From the human T2T-CHM13v2.0 reference genome, Homo sapiens, in the NCBI RefSeq assembly GCF_009914755.1, contig NC_060947.1: a stretch of 64,000 nucleotides of DNA; one strand, written 5' to 3'. A program made the translations under genes and the position numbers. The notes beneath the pieces were generated by a model. That model did no database searches and was not told the DNA's origin. It saw only the letters and a list, made by a program, of their open reading frames with translations. Positions 44,070 through 61,469 of the stretch are shown here, in pieces (position 1 is the first letter of the stretch; every line of letters begins with the position of its first letter).

Positions 44070-44941
44070 AAATGGGCATTCTTATCTTGCTCCTGGTCTT
44101 AAGGGGAAAACGTTTTAGCTTTTTATTGTTTAGTATGATGTTTTCTGTGGTCTTGTCACACAAGGCCTTTATTTTGTTTAAGTACACTCCCTCTACATCT
44201 AAATTTTTTGGTGTTTTATTGTGACAGAATGTTGTCTTTTTTCAAATGCTTTTTCTGCAACTATAGAGAGGATTATATGATTTTTATTCTTCATTCTGTT
44301 AATGGGGTATATCACACTTATCAATTTTTGTATGTAGAACCACACTTTCATCTCAGGGACAAATTACACTTGATCATGGTGTATGATTCTTTCAATAAGC
44401 TGTTGAATTCAGTTTGCTAGTATTTTGCTGAAAACTTTTGCATCTACTCATCAGAGACATTGGTCTGTAATTTTCATTTTTTGTAGGAACCTTATTCGGA
44501 TTTGTATGGTAGACTTGTAAAGTGAGTTTGTAAGTGTTCTCTTTTTATTTTTTTGGAAGTGTTCGAAAGTAGGCATTTGTTTTTTCTTAAAAATTTTGTA
44601 GGATTTACCTGTGAAACCATGTCCTGAAATTTTCTTTTGTTGCAGGTTTTTTGTACACCTTTAAGCACCTTCTTTGTTACTGGTTTGTTTAAATTTCCGG
44701 TTTCTTTATGATTTAGTGTTGGTAGGTTGTAAGTTTCTAAGAATTTATCCATTTTGTCCAGGTAATTTAATATATTAGTGTAGTATTTTTAATAGTAGCA
44801 TATTACTAATATTTGTAATTCTGTAGTATCAATTGCAATGCTTTTTCTTTCATTTTAAATATTATTTATCTGAGTTCTTTCTCTTTTCTGTTAGTCTAGC
44901 TAAGGGTTTGCTGATTTTATCAATTTAAAATATCTACTCAG

Positions 44942-45972
44942 GAGGTGGAGCCAAGATGGCCTAATAGGAACAGCTCCAGTCTACAGCTTCCAGCATGAGT
45001 GACGCAGAAGACTGGTGATTTCTGCATTTCCAACTGAGGTACCGGGTTCATCTAACAGGGGAGTGTCAGAAAGTGGTTGCAGGACACTGGGTGCAGTGCA
45101 CTGAGCATGAGCCAAAGCAGGGCAAGGCATTGCATCACCAGGGAAGTGCAAGGGGTCAGGGAATTCCCTTTCCTAGTCAAACAAAGGGGTGACAGAAGGC
45201 ACCTGGAAAATTGGGTCACTCCCACCCTAACACTGCACTTTTCCAATGGTCTTAGCAAATGGCACACCAGGAGATTATATCCCGTGCCTCGCTTGGAGGG
45301 TCCTATGCCCATGGAGCCTCACTCATTGCTAGCACAGCAGTCTGAGATCAAACTGCAAGGCAGCAGTGAGGCTGGGGGAGGGGCATCTACCATTGCCAAG
45401 GCTTGAGTAGGTAAACAAAGAGGCCTGGAGGGAAGCTCAAACTGGGTGGAGCCCACTGCAGCTCAAGGAGGCCTGCCTGCCTCTGTAGACTCCACCTCTG
45501 GGGGCAGGGCATTGCCAAACAAAAGGCAGCAGAATCCTCTGCAGACTTAAGTGTCCCTGTCTGACAGATTTGAAGAGAGTAGTGGTTCTCCCAGCATGCA
45601 GCTGGAGATCTGAGAATGGACAGACTGCCTCCTCAAGTGGGTCCCTAACCCCCAAGTAGCCTAACTGGGAGGCAACCCCCAGTAGGGGCAGACTGACACC
45701 TCACACGGCCAGGTACTCCTCTCAGACAAAACTTTCAGAGGAACAATCAGGCAGCAACATTTGCAGTTCACCAATATCCGCTGTTCTGCAGCCTCTGCTG
45801 CTGATACCCAGGCAAAGAGGGTCTGGAGTGGACCTCCAGCAAACTCCAACAAACCTGCAGCTGAGGGTCCTGACTGTAAGAAGGAAAACCAACAAACAGA
45901 AAGGACATCCACACCAAAACCCCATCTGTATATCACCATGATCAAAGACCAAATGTAGATAACACCACAAAG
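44942..45972 (+). promoter_or_regulatory. L1 5'UTR internal sense/antisense promoter (CpG-decayed)
   Basis: YY1 motif CAAGATGGCC at 44952-44961. Collinear with the known L1PA 5'UTR. Activity not shown. Confidence 0.7.
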
Positions 45973-46989
45973 ATGGGGAAAAAACAGAGCAGAAAAACTG
46001 AAAATTCCAAAAATCAGAGCACCCCTCCTTCTCCAAAGGAATGCAGCTCCTCACCAGCAATGGAACAAAGTTGGATGGAGAATTACTTTGACGAATTGAG
46101 AGAAGAAGTCTTCAGATGATCAAACTACACTGAGCTAAAGGAGGAAGTTCGAACCCATGGCAAAGAAGTTAAAAACCTTGAAAAAAAATTAGACGAATGG
46201 CTAACCAGAATAACCAATGCAGAGAAGTCTTTGAAGGACCTGATGGAGCTGAAAACCAATGCACGAGAACTATGTGACAAATGCACAAGCCTCAGTAGCC
46301 AATTTGATCAACTGCAAGAAAGGGTATCAGTGACGGAAGATGAAATGAATGAAATGAAGTGAGAAGAGAAGTTTAGAGAATAAAGAATAAAAAGAAACAA
46401 ACAAAGCCTCCAAGAAATATGGGACTGTGTGAAAAGACCCAATCTACATCTGATTGGTGTACCCGAAAGTGACGGGGAGAATGGAACAAAGCTGGAAAAC
46501 ACTCTGCAGGATATTATCCAGGAGAAATTCCCCAATCTAGCAAGGCAGGCCAACATTCAAATTCAGGAAATTCAGTGAACACCTCAATGATACTCCTCGA
46601 GAAGAGCAATTCCAAGATATATAATTGTCACATTCAACAAAGTTGAAATGAAAGAAAAAATGTTAAGGGCAGCCAGAGAGAAAGGTCGGGTTACCCACAA
46701 AGTGAAGCCCATCAGGCTAACAGCTGATCTCTTGACAGAAACTATACAAGCCAGAAGAGAGTGGGGGCCAATATTCAACATTCTTAAAGAAAATAATTTT
46801 AAAACCAGAATTTCATATCTAGCCAAATTAAGCTTTGTAAGTGAAGGAGAAATAAAATCCTTTACAGACAAGCAAATGCTGAGAGATTTTGTCACCACCA
46901 GGCCTGCCCTAAAAGAGCTCCTGAAGCAAGCACTAAACATGGAAAGGAACAACCAGTACCAGCCACTGCAAAAACATGCCAAATTGTAA
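45973..46989 (+). pseudogene. L1 ORF1p, disrupted
   Basis: ATG 45973 to TAA 46989 is 1017 bp (canonical 338 codons plus stop), but it has internal stops (e.g. TGA at 46117). The C-terminal frame ends ...YQPLQKHAKL. Confidence 0.92.
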
Positions 46990-47052
46990 ACACCATCAAG
47001 GCTAGGAAGAAACTGCATCAACTAATGAGCAAAATAACCAGCTAACATCATA

Positions 47053-50876
<3,824 letters not shown>

Positions 50877-52024
50877 ACAATGAAAACACATGGCCACAGG
50901 AAGGGGAACATCACACACCTGGGCCTCTTGTGGGGTGGGATAGCATTAGGAGATATACCTAATGTTAAACGACGAGTTAATGGGTGCAGCACACCAAGAT
51001 GGCACATGTATACATACGTAACTAACCTGCACGTTGTGCACATGTACCCTAAAACTTAAAGTATAATAAGAAAAAAGAAAAAATATCAACTCAGTTTTAT
51101 TGATGTTTTTTATTGTCTTTATTTTATTTCAGCTTTATTCATCAGTATTTCCTTCCTTCCGCTACTTTTTGGACTACTTTGTTTTTCTTTTGCTGGTTCA
51201 TTGATGTCTAAAGTTAGGTGGTTCATTGAGGTCTAAAATTAGGTTGTTCATTTGAGGTCTCTTTTTTCTTATTACAGGCATTTATTTCTATTAACTTTTT
51301 ATCTCAGAACTCCCTTTGCTGCATTCCTTGATCATTGGCAGGTTGTAGTGTCATTTCTGTTTTTCTCAACATATTTTTAAAATTTCCCTTTTGGTTTCTC
51401 TTTGACCTACTGGTTTTTCAGAAGTGTGTTGTTTGATTTCCTCATATTTGTGAATTTTCCAAAATTCCTTCTGTTGTTGATTTCTAGTTTATAGTATTGT
51501 GTTTGTAAAAGATACATGATATAGTTTCAATTTTTGTAAATTTGAGAGGAATGTGTACTCTGTTGCTGTTTCAAGAAATCTTCTTTACATTATTGTTAGG
51601 CCCATTTTGTCTAAAGTGTAGTTCAAGTTCACCATTTGCTTATTGACTTTTCTGTCTGGATGATCTGTTCATTTTCAGAAGTGGAATATTGAAGTCCCCT
51701 ACTATATTGTGTTTTTGTTGTTTTCTTCAGTTCTATTAATATTTGGTTTATATATTTAGGAGTTTCAATGTTGCATGAGTACTCATTTATAACTGTTATA
51801 CACTTTTCATGAATTGACCCCTTTATCACTATATTCTGATGTTCCTAGTCTCTTATGACAGAATTCAACTGAAAGTTTGTTCTCCCTGATATAAGTATAG
51901 CCACTCATGCACTCTATTGGCTAAAAGTTTCTTAGACTACCATTTTCATTCTTTAACTTTCAGGCCTATGTGTTTCATTAAGGCTACAGTGAGTCTATTC
52001 TAAGTAATATAACCTTGGTCCTTA

Positions 52025-53061
52025 TTTTTTAACTTAAAAAATTGTGGGTACATAGATTTATGGGGTACATGAGATACTTTCATACAGGCATACTATGGAT
52101 AATAATCATATCAGGGTAAATGGGGTATCAATCACCTGAAGTATTTATCCTTTTCATGTTATAAACACTCCAATTATATACTTTTAGTTATTTTTAAATG
52201 TACAATAATTTTTTTTACTCTAGTCATTCTACTGTGCAATCACACACAAGACCATATTTATTATAACTATATTATTGTACCCATTAAATATTATTACTTT
52301 CATTACTTCCTCCTTTCACCCCACTATCCTTCTCAGGATCTGATAACCATCATTTTGCTCTGTGTCTGTATGAGTTCAACAGTTTTAATTTTTAGCTCCC
52401 ACAAAAATGTGAGAACATGTAAAGTTTATCTTTCTGTGCCTAGCTCACCAAGATAATTTGACTTCTCCCTTCCAATTTGGATGCTCTTTATTTCTTTCTC
52501 TTGTCTGATTGCTCTAGCTAGGTCTTCCAGTACTATGTTGAATAACAGCAGTGAAAGTGGGAATTGTTGTCTTACTTCAGATCTTAGAGGATAGGCTTTC
52601 AGTTTTTCCTTATTCAGTGCGATACTAGCTGTGGGTTTTTTGTATATGGCTTTTACTGTGTTGAGACATGTTCTATCTATATCCACTGTTTTGAGGGTTT
52701 CTATCATGAAGAGATGTTGAATTTTATCAAATGCTTTTTCAGTATCAATTCAAATGGTCATATGGCTTTGTCCTTTATTCTGTTGATACAGTGTACACAT
52801 TGATTTGCATATGTTGAGCCATCTTTGCATCCTTGAGATAAATTCCCCTTGGTTGTGATGAATGATCTTTTTGATATGCTGTTGAATTTGGATTGTTAGC
52901 ATTTTGTTGAGGATTTTTGCATCAATATTCATCAGAGATATTGGCCTGTAGCTTTCTTTTACTTTTCTTTTCTTTCTTTCTTTTTTTCTTTTTCTTTCTT
53001 TCTTTCTTTCTGTCTTTCTTTCTTTCTTTTTCTTTTTTCTTTCTTTCTTTCTCTTTCTTTC

Positions 53062-53136
<75 letters not shown>

Positions 53137-54640
53137 GTGTCTTCCTCAGGATTGGCTATTGGGATAATACTTGGTTGAATGATGAGTTTGGAAGTATTCT
53201 CTCATCCTCTATTTTTTGGAATAGTTTGAGTGGAATTGGTATTGATTTTATTTAAATATTTGACAAAATTTAGCAGAGAAGCCATCGTGTCCTGAGCCAT
53301 TTTATGTTAGGAGCCTTTTTGCTGCGGCTGTGATCTCATTACTTGCTATGGGTCTGTTCGTTGTTGTTATTTCTTCATGGTTCAATCTTGGCAGTTGTAT
53401 GTGTCTAGCAATTTATTTATTTCCACTAGATTTTCCAGTTTATTGCCATATAGTTGCTCATAGTAGCCTCTAATGAGCTTTCAAATTTTTCCAGTATCAG
53501 TTGTGGTGTCTTTTTTTCTAACTCTCATTTCATTTATTTGATTCTTCTATTCTCTCATTTAGCTGAGTTAAAGATTTGTTTATTTCATATATGTTTTTAG
53601 CAAACCAACTCCTTGTTTCATTGGTAGTTTTTGTTGTTTTTCTTCATTTTTAAAATTTAAAAATTTAAAAATTTATTTATTTCTGCTTTGATATTTATGA
53701 TTCATATTCTTCTGCTAATTTGGGGTGTATTTTGCTCTTACTTTTCTAGTACTTTAAGATGCATCTTAAGGTTGTTTATTTAAAGTTCTTCTACTTTTCT
53801 GTAGGCACGTTTAGCCATAAACCTTCCTCTTATTACTGCTTTCACTGTATTTAATAGGTTTTGGTACAATATTTTTCATTATCATTTGTTTCAATAAATT
53901 ACTCTATTTTCTTCTTAATTTCTTCATTGACCCACTAGTCATTCAGGAGCATATGATTTAATTTCTGTGTGTTCTTATAGTTTCCAAAATTCTTATTGTT
54001 ATTAATTTTTAGTTTTATTTTATTGTGGTCAGGGAAGATGCTGGATACAATTTTACTTTTTAAAACATTTTAAAGTCTTGTTTCGTTACCTAACATATGG
54101 TCTATTCTTGAGAATGATCCATGTTCTGAAGAGAAAAATGTGTGTCCTGCAGCTGTTGATTGAAATGTTCTGTATATATCTATTAGGTACATTTGGTCTA
54201 TTGTGTAAATTAAGTTTGTTTTTTTGTTGATTTTCTCTCTGCATGATCTGTCTAATGCTGAAAGCAGGGTGTTGAAATCTCCAGCTATTATTGTATTTAG
54301 CTATGTCTCTCACTTTGCTTTAATAATATTTATCTAATAAATCTGGCTACTCCAGTGTTGGGTGCAAATACAGATCTACAATTGCTATACCCTTTTGTTA
54401 AATTGATCCCTTTATCATTATATAATGACCTTTGTATTTGTTATAAATTTTGTCTTGAAATTTATTTTGTCTGATATAAATATAGCTTTGCCTGCTCTCA
54501 TTTGGTTTCCATTTGCACAGAATATCTTTTTCTATCCCTTTATTTTCAGACTATATGTGTTTTATTGGTTAAGAGTGTTACCTGTAGGCAACATATCATT
54601 AGGTCTAGTTTGTTTTTGTTTATCCATTCACCCAGTCTAT
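52025..54640 (-). mobile_element. L1MA2/3-like element: 3'UTR fused by deletion (~52448) to mid-ORF2, running to the ORF2 start
   Basis: L1MA 3'UTR (aataatcatatcagggtaaatggggtatc) jumps to gataatttgacttctcc. Minus-strand RT ORFs at 52426-52707 and 52750-52932. Confidence 0.78.
52952..53136. repeat. (TTTC)n polypyrimidine microsatellite, ~185 bp
   Basis: Directly visible. Confidence 0.97.
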
Positions 54641-54644
54641 GTAG

Positions 54645-55166
54645 TTTTTATTTTTTTCATTTTCACTTTCTGTGGGTTTATAGTAGGTGTACATATCTAT
54701 AAGGTACATGATATATGTTTACAGGCATATCATCCATAATAATCACATCATAGAAAATTGGGTGTCCATCTCCTGAAGCATTTATCCTTTATGTTACAAA
54801 CAATCCAATTATACTCTCTTAGTTATTGTAAAATGTACAATTAAATTATTATTGACTATAGTCACCCTGTTGTGATACCAAATTTTAGGTCTTCATTATT
54901 TCTAACTATTTTTTTTTGTACTCACTAACCATCTCAACCTCTCCCTAATGCCCGCCCCCACAATGCTGCTCTTCTCTGCCTTTGGTAACCACCTTTTCAC
55001 TCTTTATCACCATTTCAATTGTTTCAATTTTAAAATCTCACAAATAAGTAAATACATGTAATATTTGACTTTCGGTGCCTGGCTTCTTTCACTTGACATA
55101 ATGACATTCAGTTCCATCCATGTTGTTGTACAGTAGAGCACTATTCATCCATAAAAAATGAGATCT
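54645..55166 (-). mobile_element. L1MA3-like 3' end with a short inverted 5' segment
   Basis: Antisense L1MA 3'UTR to ~55128, then sense-oriented cactattcatccataaaaaatgagatct. Confidence 0.75.
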
Positions 55167-55480
55167 ACATCAAAAGAGGGGAAACACTTTAAATAAAAAA
55201 TCTAACAATACATCTTAAAGATCTAGAAAAGCAAGAGTAAGTTGAACCCAAAATTAGTAGAATTTGGGTTCCATAAATTCTCCCTCTGTGCACAGAAGCT
55301 GTCTCAGCCCAGCACAGCTTTATTCTCCACTGTGACATGGCAGCAATGAGTTCAAAGTAGAATGCCCCAGTCATTGTGCTCTCCCTCTGCCAAGTGCAGA
55401 GATTCTCCCTTCAGGTCACACCAGCCACTGCTCAGGGATATGAGAGCGGTTATATCGGCTACTTAAGATTGTCTTTCCCC

Positions 55481-56338
<858 letters not shown>

Positions 56339-56339
56339 A

Positions 56340-58797
56340 GACTGTCTTTTATCTTGAATATTAATATCTTGAATATAATATTGAGTCTTAGATTCATCCT
56401 TTTGAGGCTGTTTTCTGGATCTTGTATGTGTGCTTCGTTCTTTTTTATTCTTTTTTATTTTGTCTCCCCTGATTGTGTACTTTCATATAGCTTGTCTTCA
56501 AGCTCACTGATTCTTTCTTCTGCTATTAAGAGACCCTGTTACAGTCTTCAGTATACTAATTGCGTTTTTCAACTGTAGAATTTCTGCTTCTTTTTATTTC
56601 AATCCTTTGTTAAATTTATCTTATAAGATTCTGAATTATTTCTTTCGTGTCTGTGATTACATTGAACTTCAAAACAGATATTTTGAATTCTGTCTGAAAG
56701 GTCACATATCTCTGTCTCCCTGGAACTGGTCATTGATGACTCATTTAGTTTGTTTGGTAAGTTCGTGTTTTCCTAGATAGTCTTGATGCTTGTGGATGTT
56801 TGTTGGTGTTAGGGCATTGAAGACTTAGGTATTTTTTGTAGTCTTCACATTCTAGTCTTGTTTGTACCTGGCCTTCTTGGGAAGGCTTTCCAAGTATTCA
56901 AAGGTGTGTTTTGATCTAAGTTTTTGGTCCCTCCAGACATATCTGCATTAGTGGACACCCCAAGCCTAATAACACTATGGCTTTTCCAGTCTCATATATG
57001 TACCATTTTGGTTGCCTTGGGTAGGATCTGGGAGAATTCCCTTGATTACCAGGCAGAGACTCTTGTTCTTTTTCCTTACTTTGCCCCAAACAAACACAAT
57101 CTCTCTCTTTGTGCTGAGGTGCCTGGAGCTGGGAGGGGTGGCACAGACACCCTCGTAGTTACCAACACTAGGATTGTGTTGGGTTAGAGCCAAATCTAGC
57201 ACATCAATGGGTCTTGCCCAAAGCCCACAGTGATCAGTGCCTGGCTACTGCCTATGTCCACTCAAGGTACAAGGGCTCTACAATCATTAGGTGGTAACTT
57301 TAGCCAGGCTTCCATTCTTTTCTTCAGGACAGCAAGTTTCCTCCAGCCTCAGGTCATTCTGAAGATGCCATCCAGAAACCACAGCCTGGAGTTGGAAATC
57401 TTAAAAATCTACTGGGTGTTGCATTCTATTGTGGCTGAGCTCGCGCCCAAGCCACAACACAAAGTCCTTCCCACTTTTCCTTCCCATAGCCACCACTGCC
57501 CTGTGCCTGTGGTGAATACTGCCTGGCTACTGCTGATATTTACTCAAGGCCTGGGGACTCTTCAGTCAGCTTGCAGTGAGTGCTCCCAGGCCTGGGTCTC
57601 TCCCATGAGGGCAGTGTGCTCCCTCTGGCCCAGGGCAGGTCCAGAATTTCTATCTAGGGGCCCAGGCCTCGAATTGTGTACCCTAGAAGCCCACTTGTTG
57701 CTCTCCCCTACTGTGGCTAAGCTAATACCCAAGCTGCGAGAGAAAGTCATTTTTTCTCTTCCCTCTCCTTTCCTCAAGCAGAAGTTGTCTCTTCCCATAG
57801 CTATCACACCTGAGAACGTATTGGGTCACACCCAAAGTAAGGATAGTTCTGAGTATCACACATGGCCCATGGAAAATAAGGCCTGGCTACCACTTCCACT
57901 TATTCAAGGCCCAAAGGCTCTTTAGTCAGCAGATGATGAATCCTGCCAGTATTTTGTCCTTCTCTTCAAGGCAACAGGGCCACTTTTGGGCCAGAGTATG
58001 ACCATAAATATCAGCTGAGAGCTGGAGCCTGGAATGGGGGCCTCTGGACTCTTCCAGATGCCCTATTTTACTGTGGTTGATGTGGTAGACAAATTAAAAG
58101 ACAATGTCCTCTTTACTCACCCATCTATTCTCAAGCAGAAGGAAGGAGTATCTCCCAGAGCTGTGGGCTGTGTTACCTAGAGTTGGGGGAGGGGTTATGC
58201 AAGTAATCCCTTGATCACCCCAGCTGGTGTCTCACTGGGTTGTGCGCACCATAAGTCCACTGGCTCTGAGCCCAGCACAGCACCAGGACTTGCCCAAGAA
58301 TTGTAGTCCTTGTGGCTTGGACTGCCTTTTAAGTTCATTTAGGACCCCAGAGCACTTTAGTCTGTAGTGGTGCACTTTGCCAGCCCTCAGTTTCTGACCA
58401 CTGGTATGTACAATTTGCCTCTTGCTAGGGCTGTTCTAAATGCTGACTCCATGGGATCCAGCTGAATTCTACTTTGTGTTTCTTTCCGCTTTGACAATGC
58501 AGCACCAAGTTCGAATTCAAAGTCTCCAAATCACTGTGCTTTCCCTCCTGCAAGTGTACAGATTCTCTCTCTGTGGCATGCTGCCACTACTTGGCCATGG
58601 GGGAGGGGTGTTGTATGAGATTCAAGTGCCCTCTTCTACCCTCTTTTCTTAATATGATGTTAAAACCAGGTACTGTAATTACTTACCTCAGTTTTGGTTC
58701 TTATAAAGGTGTTTTTTTGTGTGGATAGTTTTTCAATTTGATGTTCCTGCAGAGTGAGTCATCGCTGGAGGCCTCTATTCAGCCCTCTTGCTCCACC
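56340..58797 (-). mobile_element. LINE-1 5' portion (part of ORF1 plus long 5'UTR), same family as 2548-5297
   Basis: Collinear homology with 2900-5297 (e.g. gctactgcctatgtc..ctcaagg; ctccctctggcccaggg.aggtccag). Confidence 0.85.
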
Positions 58798-58804
58798 AAC
58801 CCCA

Positions 58805-60880
58805 CTTAAAAAAATCCATTCATTCATTCTTTGTCTTTTGATTGGAGAATAGAATCTAATTACTTTTAAGGTAATTATTGATAGGTAAAGATCGTTACTT
58901 TCTTTTTGACTATTTTTTGGATTCTTTGTTCCTTTTTTTTGTTTTATGTATTTTTGGTGATTTATTGAGTTTTTTAAAACTAAATTTGCTTTAAGTGCCT
59001 TTCCCTTTATCTTTTGTATATCTACTAGAGGTTTTCTCTTTGTGTTTACCATGGACTCCCATGAAATATCTTATAGTTATAACAGTCACTTTTAGCTAGT
59101 AGTAACTTCACATCAATTGCATGCAGAAACTATACACTTTTACTCCCCTCCACCATATTTTATACTGCTGATATCACAATATCTTATCATGTTGTGTATT
59201 CACTAACAAATTATTGTGGCTATAGCTATTTTAATAATTTTATCTTTTACATTTTATACCAGAGTTAAAAGTGATTTATACATCACTCCTGCAATCTTAT
59301 AGTATTCAGAATTTGACTATATATTTACCTTTACCAGAGTGTTTTATACTGCCATATATTCTCATGTTGTTTATTGGTATTCTTTCACTTCAACTCAAAT
59401 AACTCTCCTTAGTATCCTTCTAAGGTAGGTCTTGTGGTGATGTACTCCCTTAGCTTTTGTTTGGGAATGTCTTTATTTCTCCTTCATTTCTGAAAAGCCA
59501 TTTTCCTGAATGTATTATTCTTAGTTGTTATATTAGTCAGAGTTCTCTAGAGAGACAGAATTAATAGGATAGATGTTTATACAAAGGGGAGTTTATTAAG
59601 GAGTATTGACTCACATAATCACAAGGTGAGGTCCCACAATAAGTCATCTGCAAGCTGAGGAGCAAGGAAGCCAGTCTGAGTCCCAAAGCTGAAGAACTTG
59701 GAGTCTGATATTCGAAGGTGAAAAGCATCCAGCATGAAAGAAAGACAGGCTGGGAGACCAAGCCAGTCTAGTCTTTTCACATTCTTCTGCCAGCTTTTAT
59801 TCTGGCTGCACTGGCAGCTGATTAGATTATGCCCACCACGATTGATGGTGGGTCTGCCTTTCCCAGTCCACTGACTCAAATGCTAACCTCTTTTGGCAAC
59901 ACCCTCATAGACACACCCAAGAACAATACTTTTCATCCTTTAATCCAATCAAGTTTACACTCATTATTAACCATCAAAGTTGCCATGTTGTTTTTTCTTT
60001 TGGCACTTTAAATATTCATCCCACTCTTTCTTGGCCTGCAAAGTTTCCGTTAAGAAATTTGCTGATATCATTATTGAGTTTACCTTGAATGTAATGAGTC
60101 TCTTTTCTGTCATTGCATTATTCAGCTCCGGAATTTTTGTTTGATTCGTTTTATGTTTTCTGTTTATTAAACTTTTCATTTTACTCATATCTTCTTTTCC
60201 CTATTTCTTTTAGGTGTTTATCTGGGTTTCCTTGCATCTCATTGAGCTTCTCAGGCAATTCATGGATCTCCACTTCTTTGAGGTTGGTGACTGTATTTTT
60301 ATTAGCTTTCTTTGGTGGTGTCATGTTTGCCTGATTCTTCATTATCTGTGCAGCCTTGTGTCTGTGCATTTCCAGTCTTTACTGACTGGTTTTGGCAGAG
60401 AAAGATCTTCTCCTGTTGGGTCCCCAGTCTTATGGGATTACCTCTTGGCTTTTAATTGAATGGGTTTGGATTAAACTTATGTGGCTCCTGCTGGGTCCTT
60501 AGTGTGGTTCACAGTTGGTGAGCCTCTTACAAGAAACTTATACAGACATGGACCCTGGGTGGACTGGACTGTCTCCAGGGCCTTGATCAGTAGGGCTGGC
60601 ACTGAGATAAGGGTCTTCTTCAGTACCCACATACCATGGGCCTGTTACCAGGAGAAGAGATGGATATGGGTCACAAGTCCATACCAGGGTCCAAAGCTGA
60701 GATTGAGGTCTGCAGACCTGCCTCTGAGGGTATGTATAGGCATGTCTTCCTCCAGAATCCTGGCAGTCAGTACTGTTCTCAGAAAAGAAGCTGTTGGGGC
60801 TAGAGCCAATATATAGGGCTGTTTCTGTATCCACAGCCAAGACATGAGACATAAGTTCTAACCTCAGCTCTGTCACTGCC
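58805..60880 (-). mobile_element. Older L1M 5' portion (ORF2 start, ORF1, GC-rich 5'UTR), split by MLT2A
   Basis: YLSIITLKVIRFYSPIKRQR (endonuclease N-terminus-like) in ORF 58759-59052. ORF1-like frames at 59967-60369. Confidence 0.75.
59529..59978 (-). mobile_element. Solo MLT2A-like (HERV-L) LTR, 450 bp
   Basis: tatattagtcagagttctctagagagacagaa ... attaaccatcaaa. TSD GTTGT (59524-59528) / GTTGC (59979-59983). Confidence 0.9.
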
Positions 60881-60884
60881 TGCT

Positions 60885-60960
60885 GGTGTGACCACAGAGC
60901 AGTCTAATTGTCTCACTGTGCCTCAGTTTCCCCATCTCTAATCTGAGGAGTTGGGAGAAC
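60885..60960 (+). mobile_element. MIR core fragment
   Basis: ctcactgtgcctcagtttccccatct. Confidence 0.6.
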
Positions 60961-61469
60961 ATGAGATAATCACAATTAGTTCTTTCCTGAATTACACATG
61001 CCAACCCAGGGTATATTATAGAGCCTCCAGTGGGCTTCTCTCATGGAGCTTGTGTTGAACACAGTTAGGAGAAATGAAATAAAAAGTACTCACAGCTTAA
61101 GCTTAAACAAAAGATAGAGTATCACCAACTAGCGCTGTATGAATTCCACATCAGCTGTAGTGACACAATCCATGAGAGCTTAGGGCAGGTCAGTAGTTCT
61201 AGTCTGGAGACACAGACAGCTTTTTGTTAAGACTGAATTCAAGAATTTGTGGCACAAAGGAAACGCTCTGTATATCTGGGCTTCTTCCAACTGAGAGAGA
61301 TCAATCTTTCAACAATGAAAAAAAAATAAGGGCAGTAGAAGTGAAGGATGAGCAGAACAAACGAAAAGAACTCACATATACTGAGTATCTACTATGTGCA
61401 AGATTCTGTAGTAAGTTCTGATGAAAGAGAGATGAATCCATGGTTGATACTGCTTTCAAAAAGCTAACT

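Noticed and set aside
51206-51260. ~25-bp tandem duplication (and short ones at 37941 and 56351)
   Set aside because: Ordinary slippage events with no further structure.
52917-53255. Phe/Leu/Ser-rich ORF resembling a membrane protein
   Set aside because: It is the translation of the (TTTC)n microsatellite.
57230-57925. 231-aa plus-strand ORF
   Set aside because: Antisense to an L1 5'UTR, GTG start, no recognisable domain; the homologous region at 3785-4400 is not open to the same extent.
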